DNA of 64,000 nucleotides from an uncultured Alphaproteobacteria bacterium (GTDB lineage Bacteria > Pseudomonadota > Alphaproteobacteria > Rhizobiales > Xanthobacteraceae), in assembly GCA_963764445.1 (NCBI GenBank), contig CAVXSV010000004.1, forward strand, positions 133,534 to 197,533. Direction: 5' to 3'. Below the pieces are notes generated by a model, which searched no databases, had not been told where the DNA came from, and worked only from the letters and a program-made list of their open reading frames with translations. Below are positions 56,217 through 64,000 of the stretch, piece by piece (position 1 is the first letter of the stretch; every line of letters begins with the position of its first letter). Position numbers and translations under genes: made by a program.

Positions 56217-58199
56217 TCAGGCTGCTGATGGTTCGATATAGCGAGGAAACACCGGTACCGGTGCCGGCAGCGTTGTGCCCGGTTTGATGCGGACGTGGCC
56301 GCCAAGCCTCGCAAAAGTTCGTTCACCGGCGGGAACACCCAGGAGGTCGAGCATCTTTGCGCAAGCCGCAGGCATTGCGGGCTGCGCCAGAATCGCGATC
56401 TGGCGCACAACTTCAGCGGTGACGTACAGCACTGTTTTCTGCCGCGCCGGGTCGGTCTTGGCCAACGCCCACGGCGACTCGCCCGCAAAATAGCGGTTGG
56501 CTTCGGCGACGACCGCCCAGATCGCGTTCAACGCCTGATGGATCTGCTGCGTGTTCATCGCCTCGCGCGCGACTCGCGATCATGCCGTCGGCCTGCGTGA
56601 GGATCGCTTGGTCGTTGTCGCTGAAGTGCCCGGGCTCCGGCAGCAACGCCATCGTGCTGCTTGGCGATCATCGACAACGAGCGCTGTGCGAGATTGCCGA
56701 AGTCGTTGGCGAGGTCGGCGTTGATGCGCGCCATGATCGCCTCGTGATTGTAGCTGCCGTCCTGCCCGAACGGCACCTCGCGCAGGAAGAAGTAACGCAC
56801 CTGATCGACGCCGTATTGGGTGGCGAGGTTGAAGGGATCGACGACGTTGCCGACCGACTTCGACATCTTCTCACCGCGATTGAACAGGAAGCCGTGCGCA
56901 TAGACCCGCTTCTGCAACGGAATGCCAGCCGACATCAGGAACGCCGGCCAGTAGACCGCATGGAAGCGAATGATGTCCTTGCCGATGATATGCACGTCGG
57001 CGGGCCAGTAGCGCCAGTTCTTGTCGTTCTCGTCCGGAAAACCGACGCCGGTGATGTAGTTTGTCAGCGCATCGACCCAGACGTACATGACGTGCTCGGG
57101 ATCGTCGGGCACCTTGACGCCCCAGTCGAAGGTGGTGCGCGAGATCGACAGATCCTTCAGGCCGCCCTTCACGAAGCTGATGACTTCATTGCGGCGGGAA
57201 TCCGGACCTATGAAGTCCGGCTGGCTTTCGTACAGCGCGAGCAGCCTGTCCTGATAGGCCGACAGTTTGAAGAAATAGCTCTTTTCCTCGACCCACTCGA
57301 CCGGCGTACCCTGCGGGCCGCGCCGCACGTTGTCCTCGTCAACGACGGTCTCGTCCTCCGCGTAATAGGCTTCGTCGCGCACCGAATACCAGCCGGCGTA
57401 GCTCGACAGGTAGATGTCGCCATTCGCCGCCATGCGCTTCCAGATTTCCTGAACCGAGCGATGATGCACGGGTTCCGACGTGCGGATGAACCGGTCGAAT
57501 GAAATGTTCAGCGTCTCATCGAGCTTTCGCAGCAGTTCGGCATTTCGTGTGGCGAGTTCAAGCGCGGAAATATTTTCCCGCTGCGCGGTCTGCACCATCT
57601 TCTGGCCGTGCTCGTCGGTACCGGTCAGAAAGAATACGTCCTTGCCGTCGAGCTTCTGGAAACGCGCCAGCGCGTCGGTGGCAATCGCTTCATAGGCGTG
57701 TCCGATATGCGGCGCGCCGTTCGGATACACGATCGCCGTGGTGATGTAGAATGTATTCGCGCGCGACGGCGCGAAGCGGCTCGAAGGCGCGCGCGATCTC
57801 TACCTTGGCGGACTTGCGCGGCGATTGCCGGTTGTCTTTGCAGACGCCGCTGGACGGTCGCTTGGCGGCGGCTGTTCTTCGGCGGTCTTCTTTGGCGACT
57901 AGCCTTTTTCGCGCCGCCTTTTCGGCTTGCTTGTCGCCGGCTGCTTTTTCGCGCGCTGGGCTTTGCGGCTTCGCGGACGCTTTCGACGGCCTTCTTTGCC
58001 GTCTTTTTGGCCTTCTTCGGCGCGCGCGCTTTTGTTGTCGCCGTTCGCCTCATCGTTTCTTGCGTTTGCTGGTCTTTTCGGCGCACGTGCTTTTGCTGCG
58101 CGTCTTCGCGACCGAGGCGCGGCCGGTGGCGCGGCGCGATTTGCGCGGTTTGCCTGCGCGGGATTTCTTGGCCGGTTTCTTCTTAGCGGGAGCCACCAC
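56217..58199 (-). CDS. metG: Methionine--tRNA ligase with long basic N-terminal extension (several indels)
   Basis: [28 protein letters not shown]; AAGGA RBS before GTG at 58199. Confidence 0.93.
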
Positions 58200-58251
58200 A
58201 AATTCCTTATGAGTCAGGCTGGATGTCGAGAACGATCATGAGCGGAGCGTT

Positions 58252-59294
58252 TTACCGCGTTGCTTCTGCAAGAAGCCCGAACACCGAGAAAACCAGCGGT
58301 TTTCGCTCGAGATTGTAGGTTTCCGTCTCGCGCGCGGCGTTGTTGATCTTTTCCCATACCTCCGCGAGCCGTGCAAGGCGAGGAAGATTGGCGTTCGCAT
58401 CGCCGGCGCGGAGCCGCTCGCCGATCCAGCGGTCGACACTGTCGACGAAGGCGCCAAGCGCGGCGCGATCGCTGCCGCCGAGCGCATCGCCCAGCGCGTG
58501 GAGTTCGCGCGGATCGACCTGCGGAAGGCTGTCCAACAACGCCGTCGTCCGCTGATGAAGCTTCAGCGCGCCGCCTACCACGCAGGGCGAGCGCCCGCGC
58601 CACGCTTCCTTCCGCCGCGTCGGCGGCTTCCCGCAATGACGTATCGTCAGGCGCGATCTGCGCCGCTTCGGCGGCCGCCCGGATCACATCGTCGGCTCGC
58701 CAGCGGCCGCAGCGCCAGCTTGCGGCAGCGCGACTGGATCGTCGGCAACACCCGCGCCGGTGCGTGGCTGACCAGAAGAAACAGCGACTGGCGCGGCGGC
58801 TCCTCGAGGACCTTGAGCAGCGCATTGGCGGCGTTGGGGTTGAGTTCGTCGACGGTATCGACGATGCATACCCGCCAGCCGCCCACGGCCGCGGTCGAGC
58901 CGAAGAAAGCGATCGTCTCCCGGGTCTGCTCGACGCTGATGACCGTGCGCATCACGCCCTTTTCGTTGGGCGTCCGCTCCAGCGTCAGGAGTCCGCCATG
59001 CGTGTCGGCCGCGACATGGCGGGCAACCGGATGCGTCGGGTCCAGTTCGAGCGTTTCCGCCGATTGCACCTGGGATATGGCGGGATCGCCGTGCGCGAGG
59101 ACAAACCGCGCCATCCGGTAGGCCAGCGTCGCCTTGCCGATCCCCGGCGCGCCACCGATCAGCCACGCGTGCGGGATGCGGCCGCCGCGATAGGCATCGA
59201 GCAACGTTCGTTCCGCCTCGCCATGACCGAAGAGCGCGGTGGTTTCGCGCGGATGCGGGACTGACGTTTCCGCTGCGTTCGAGCGGCGACTCAT
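58252..59294 (-). CDS. holB: DNA polymerase III delta-prime subunit (indels near 58695 and 58580)
   Basis: HAWLIGG..GIGK, ANALLKVLEEPP, PTIQSRC, YNLERK. Confidence 0.93.
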
Positions 59295-59985
59295 GCGCGT
59301 GTGACTTTCCTGGCGGTGTCCGCCGTCAGCACGCGGTCACGCAGCGCCGTCCATACGCTCGCGGCCACCGTATCGAGCATCGGCGTTCGGCGTCGATCAC
59401 CACGCAGCGTTGCGGGTCGCTCGCTGCGATCTCGCGATAGGCGTCACGGAGTTTCTGGTGAAAGGCAATGTCCTCGGCCTCAAAGCGGTCGGGCGCGCCG
59501 CTGCCGCGGCGAGCGGCGGCGCGCTGCATACCGACCTCAACGGGGACGTCGAGGATCACGGTCAGGTCAGGCTTGAGATCGCCGATGGTTACGCGCTCCA
59601 TCGCGTTCAGCACGCCGGGCAGCACGTTCCCCAACCGACCCTGATAGGCGCGGGTCGAATCGGCAAACCGATCGCAGAGCACCCATATGCCCTGCTCCAG
59701 CGCGGGCTTGATGACCGTATGAACATGGTCGTCGCGCGCCGCCGCAAACAGCAAGGTTTCGGCGTCGGCGCCGAGCAGTTTGCCCATGCCGGACAGCACG
59801 AGGTGTCGAATGATTTCGGCGCCCGGCGATCCGCCGGGCTCGCGCGTGACGATGGCCCGCAGCTTCGCCGCATCAAGACGTTCGGCGAGGATTTTGATCT
59901 GCGTCGATTTGCCGGACCCTTCGCCGCCTTCGAAGGTAATAAAGCGTCCGCGCAGCGGGCCCGCTTTGGGTGCGGCCTCGGTCAT
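59291..59985 (-). CDS. tmk: Thymidylate kinase (indel near 59380)
   Basis: FITFEGGEGSGKST, TREPGG, CDRF..S..AYQG. Confidence 0.96.
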
Positions 59986-61229
59986 CAGAGCCTCGCGGCG
60001 CCCGAGCGCACCATCCCGATGACAAGCTCGATCGCCCCGTCCATCGCACGACGCATGGTCGAGCCGACACCGACGGCGTCCGTGGCATGAACCGGCGTCT
60101 CGACCGCGACTTCCTTGCCGCGCCACACCTTGATGACGCCGATGGGCTGCCCCGGCGCGACCGGCGCACGGACCGGCCCGGTATAGACGATGCGCGCGAG
60201 CAGCTTGTCGCTGCCGTTCTTCTGAACCATGACCTGAACCGGTTCTGACGCGGCGACCCGAACGGAGCCGCTGTCGCCGCCAAACACCTTGGCGTAGCCG
60301 ATCGGCTGTTCCGCAGCGAACAGGGTTCGGACTTCGAAATTCCGAAAACCCCATTCCAGCAGCTTTTTGGCTGCGGCCGCGCGGTCGTCCGCGCTCTCGA
60401 GGCCGTTCACCACAACGATCAGCCGCGTGCCGTTCTGGACGACCGAGCCGACCATGCCGTAGCCACCCTCCTTGGTGTAGCCGGTCTTGAGCCCGTCGGC
60501 TCCGTCCATCGCCGTCAGCAGCGGGTTGCGGTTGAACTGGCGAATCTTGTTCCAGGTGAATTCGCGTTCGCCGAACAGCTTGTAGAAATCCGGGTACGTC
60601 AGGATGATGTGGCGCGCCAGCGTGGCAAGCTCGCGGACCGTCATCTTGTTGCCGGGATCGAGGCAGGCCGTTGGAATTGGCGAAGGTCGAGCGGGTCATG
60701 CCCAGTTCCCGCGCCCGCGCCGTCATCTTTTCTGCGAAGGCGCTCTCGTTACCGGCGATACCCTCCGCCAAGCGCCATGCAGGAGTCGTTGCCGCTCTGG
60801 ATGATCGCGCCGTGCAGGAGATCGTCGACGGAGACGCGGCTGTTGATCGCCGCGAACATGGTCGATCCGCCGGCGGGCGCCCCGCCCTTGCGCCAGGTGT
60901 TTTCGCTGATGACGAACTCGTCGGTGAGCTTGATCTCGCCTTTCGTGATGGCGTTGAACACGACCTCCACCGTCATCAGCTTCATCATGCTGGACGGCGC
61001 ACGTAGTTCGTCTGCGTTCTTTTCGAAACAGCACGCTGCCGCTTTTGGCTTCGATCAGAATTGCGGTCGGGGCGCTGGTCTCGTAGATCTCTTCCTTCTT
61101 GGCGCCCTGCACGCTGTTGTTGGCAGCCAGCACGATGCCATCGAGGCCGATCGCGAGGATGACGGCGGCCATCAGACCGCGCCAGGCGAACCCCCGGCGT
61201 CTGTCGGGCGTGGAAGATCTGGTTGTCAT
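59985..61229 (-). CDS. dacA: D-alanyl-D-alanine carboxypeptidase (several indels)
   Basis: PSSMMK (SxxK), SGN, KTG motifs across frames. Confidence 0.9.
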
Positions 61230-61365
61230 GCACTGCGTTCCGAGTAGTCCGTTCTACCAGTTGGGACCATCGCAAACAACACGGCGCCGCGCCTCGATGG
61301 CGCGGCCGGGACATAAGATCAAGAGCACGAGCTGTATCAAGCTTTCGCCGGTAGGTGAGCGACGC

Positions 61366-62308
61366 TTAATAGAGTCCGCGCCCCGAGAGTAGTTCGCTCG
61401 GTCCGCGCTGGTCGATCGGCGCATAAGCGGTGACCGGGCGGACATCGCCCGCCACATCATTGCCCTCGGCGTCGTAGGAAACCGCCCGCGGTCTTCCCGC
61501 ATCTGCGGATGCGCCGGGACGCGGCCGGACGCCGACATTTCGGAAGTCTGCGTTGATCGATGCGACGTCCATCGCGGTATGGTCCGAGCGTATAGGAGCC
61601 GGCCGTCCGGCGTCGGAACATCGCCGCGGATTGCGCGTTCGGATGGCGTGAGTTCAGGCACAAACGGCCGCGCCGACGCGATCCTGACCGTGGATGGCGA
61701 CGGCGCCGGCACGCCCGTTCGCAGGGTCGCCATCAATTGCCGGTCATCAGAACCTTCAAGCGGCGCACGTCCGACGTATTCGACCTGCACCGACGCGACA
61801 CCATTTTGCTTGAACTCCAGCAACTCGGCGGCCTTGTTCGAGACGTCGATCAGCCGGTTGCCGTGATACGGCCCGCGATCGTTGACGCGGACCATCAGGG
61901 ATTTGCTGTTGCTCAAGTTTGTCACCCGCGACGTAACACGGCAAGGGAAGTGTTGGATGCGCGGCAGACAGCGAGGCCATGTCAAAAACCTCGCCGTTGG
62001 CTGTCAGACGGCCATGGAAGTCGTCGCCATACCAGGAAGCAAGCCCTTCGGCACGGTATTTGGTGTTTTCCTCGGGAACGTAAACGCGCCCGGCGACTGT
62101 ATAGGGCTTGCCGACCCGGTAAGTGCCGCCGCCTTTCGGCACCGCCTCGCCGAGAGGCGACGACCCGAGGGCTGCTCGAAACTCCGTACTTTGGATCAAT
62201 CCGGCTGAGGTTGCCTGATGAGCCGCAATTGGCCAGCATCAGGCACGCGCCCGCGACCGCAACAGCGCGTGCAGCATGCCCAATTCGATCTGAATTTGGT
62301 TTCCCCAT
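61366..62308 (-). CDS. rlpA: Septal ring lytic transglycosylase RlpA family lipoprotein (several indels)
   Basis: Lipobox LANC, GLASWYG..FHG..TANGE, AAHPTLP, VRVNDRGP. Confidence 0.93.
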
Positions 62309-62459
62309 CCGTCCCCAAGACCCGGTCCCCGGCAGACTGCCCCACTTCACCGCGCCGGTCAGCATGATACGGTCCATAACCATACCAAGCCGTGAACATA
62401 TCGCAGCGCAAACACGGCGGAAATGGGGTGAGCCCTGCAGGAGCGAGACGGGTGGTAAA

Positions 62460-62744
62460 TCAAGGTTGCTGACTCGGAACGCCGGAGCCTGCCTCGGCAG
62501 TTGGCGGATCGAAAGCAATTCCGATCCGGTCCTGCTTGATCCAGATCACCCGGCAGAACCGAATCACCCGATCCTTTTCGGTCATGAGCTGGAAATGCGA
62601 CGGGACAAAGGCCGGATTCGGGACTTCGATGGCAGCTCCTTGCGAAGATACGTTCAACAGCCGGCACCGCATGCTCAATCCGCCTGCGGAAATGTAAGCC
62701 GGTTCGTCGATTTCGACGCGCGGATGTTTGCGGCGATCTTCCAT
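62460..62744 (-). CDS. Stand-alone PilZ domain protein
   Basis: RRKHPR (RxxxR) and NVSSQGA (D/NxSxxG) motifs, GIAF end. Confidence 0.88.
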   Translation of the reverse strand: MEDRRKHPRVEIDEPAYISAGGLSMRCRLLNVSSQGAAIEVPNPAFVPSHFQLMTEKDRVIRFCRVIWIKQDRIGIAFDPPTAEAGSGVPSQQP

Positions 62745-63115
62745 TGAAATTACTGTTGTCCGTAGTTTGTCCATACGTATGTGCGTGCGGCTTCAAGTGC
62801 CGTCATTCCCTGGAAAAAATGCAGTCTGCGAGTCACGGGACCCCGACAAGCGCGAAAATACGGCTTTACCCGACGGAAGGAATTCTATCGCGGTCAGCCT
62901 AACGAAACACCAATGCGCTCCAAAATTACCCGCGGCCTTCGTCTTTTACCTTCCGCCAAACCGGGGGAAGCCGCATCCTCGTTCATGACGATCAGAATTT
63001 GCTCAAATGCCGGTACGCTACGTGGCGAAGCATGGGCATCTTGAGGCTTTAAATCGGACGGCTGGCCGCCGACGACACCAAAATCAGCTAGCGGAACAGT
63101 CGAGGAGCACGGTTG

Positions 63116-63130
63116 GTAAATTCAAGTTAA
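63116..63130 (-). promoter_or_regulatory. CtrA-like box TTAA-N7-TTAC(C)
   Basis: One mismatch to consensus; about 370 bp upstream of the PilZ gene. Confidence 0.4.
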
Positions 63131-63340
63131 AAATTAGCATCCATAGGCATACCAATGCAAAAACTTATGTTTTTGAATTGACGAAGTCGATCTCCTGCTC
63201 GAGGGGAATCGACGGCGGGTTTTGTTTCCGCGCCGCGAACCAGATCCAGGCGCCGGCCTTCAAGGCCACCTTGTCCACCTCGCAGATTAGGATTTTGCTT
63301 CCACAATCAATGCGTTTCTTCAGTGGCGAGGCCGTTCGCA

Positions 63341-63369
63341 TTGCGCTCGAACCAGGCGTACGCTAAGCG
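63341..63369 (+). promoter_or_regulatory. Probable sigma70 promoter of the tRNA-Ser gene
   Basis: TTGCGC-17 bp-TAAGCG, 17 bp before the tRNA 5' end. Confidence 0.5.
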
Positions 63370-63386
63370 GTCAAAATTCCTGAGAC

Positions 63387-63426
63387 GGAAGGGTGTCCGA
63401 GTGGTTTAAGGAACCGGTCTTGAAAA
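63387..63426 (+). tRNA. 5' half of tRNA-Ser(TGA), truncated after the anticodon loop (att junction)
   Basis: GGAAGGG-TG-TCCGAGTGGTTTAAGGA-A-CCGGT-CTTGAAA-A; anticodon stem 3' strand, variable arm, T-arm and acceptor 3' strand absent from the rest of the window. Confidence 0.85.
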
Positions 63427-63573
63427 GCTAATGGGCACGTAGTTACAAGTCGGTAGCAGTAGCGCTTGGTTTGATTTCTCAGGGGAATTTCCGGTCCGTC
63501 ATCCGGCTCAGTCCAGCTAGTTTGCCAGAGTGCAGGCTGGTTTGGCCCCAAAATTGTCCCCATCGGGTAGAAA

Positions 63574-63598
63574 CCCGCCGGCTCTCATCACCGGCGGG
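63574..63598. terminator. Hairpin terminator after the 63607-63804 gene
   Basis: CCCGCCGG-N9-CCGGCGGG flanked by short A/T runs. Confidence 0.65.
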
Positions 63599-63606
63599 CT
63601 TATTCT

Positions 63607-63804
63607 TTACGCTGACAGATCTGGGCGATCTCGGACGAGTGTGACGATCGTCGCCCCTGCCCGGCTCTGCGCAGTATCCGCGTGCAGGAAAACGTCGACT
63701 AACTCCCGCAGGCAACTGAGCACCGCAAGGGCGTCAGCGCGATCCTCCGGAAGTTGTGTGGCTAATCCGACCGCGTGCCGTCTGTGCCAGGCTTCTGACA
63801 TCAC
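63607..63804 (-). CDS. Small hypothetical protein (65 aa)
   Basis: RRHAVGLATQLPEDRADALAVL...LVDVFL helical pattern; followed by a terminator. Confidence 0.65.
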   Translation of the reverse strand: MMSEAWHRRHAVGLATQLPEDRADALAVLSCLRELVDVFLHADTAQSRAGATIVTLVRDRPDLSA

Positions 63805-64000
63805 AGCACCACTTGCGGCAAGTTCGCCAACGTCGCTGGCCGGCCATCCAGTAGCCGGACATTGCTACGGCGGCTCATATATCGACTCCGCTGCTCCTCG
63901 ACGTCGCGAGCGTCAGGCTCAGCCGAGGCCTCCCGATCATCAGACCTGCCCCATCGGCTATTTTCCTGCCGTAGGTTTTCCGGCCAACCTAGCGACGGCT

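Larger units (their letters stand above)
63427..64000. mobile_element. Start of an element inserted in tRNA-Ser (continues right of the window)
   Basis: Non-tRNA sequence begins right after the anticodon loop; 9-bp direct repeats at 63542-63562; small hypothetical gene; no integrase within the window. Confidence 0.6.

Noticed and set aside
59326-60771. Apparent DacA-Tmk fusion ORF (481 aa)
   Set aside because: Produced by an indel near 60660; dacA ends and tmk starts at a TGATG overlap at 59983-59987.
9073-62308. Mass pseudogenisation or many programmed frameshifts
   Set aside because: Breaks hit essential genes at scattered sites without slippery or SD signals and without other decay; only prfB has the canonical signal.
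63387-63600. Group I intron in tRNA-Ser
   Set aside because: The break follows A, not U; no recognisable group I core; the 3' exon does not appear within 570 bp. An att junction fits better.

Overview
Alphaproteobacterial chromosome segment; gene content and order point to Nitrobacteraceae (Bradyrhizobium/Tardiphaga/Rhodopseudomonas-like). About 9-62.8 kb is core genome: glyA-nrdR-ribD-ribE-ribH-nusB-thiL, rne, amiC-mrcA-prfB, tolC-popZ-valS, lipA-ratA, cinA-ispDF, dusB-ntrBC-ntrYX-dat-hfq-hflX, mazG, queC, a TRAP transporter, an acyl-CoA synthetase and rlpA-dacA-tmk-holB-metG-tatD-MBL hydrolase. About 20 of these genes carry small indels, most simply explained as long-read assembly errors; the prfB shift is the genuine programmed one. 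Both ends are accessory. Left: the end of an integrative element (RHH gene, excisionase-like gene, tyrosine integrase whose ORF runs through a tRNA-Leu 3'-end att fragment), followed by XRE and DUF4062 cargo. Right: a tRNA-Ser(TGA) gene cut at the anticodon loop and not repaired at this junction. The best candidate for an undescribed system is at 8.2-8.8 kb: two paralogous double-glycine-leader peptide genes with homologous beta-rich cores, preceded by a CRP-type palindrome, with no transporter, modifying enzyme or clear immunity gene next to them. All family assignments come from motif recognition by eye; no searches were run.
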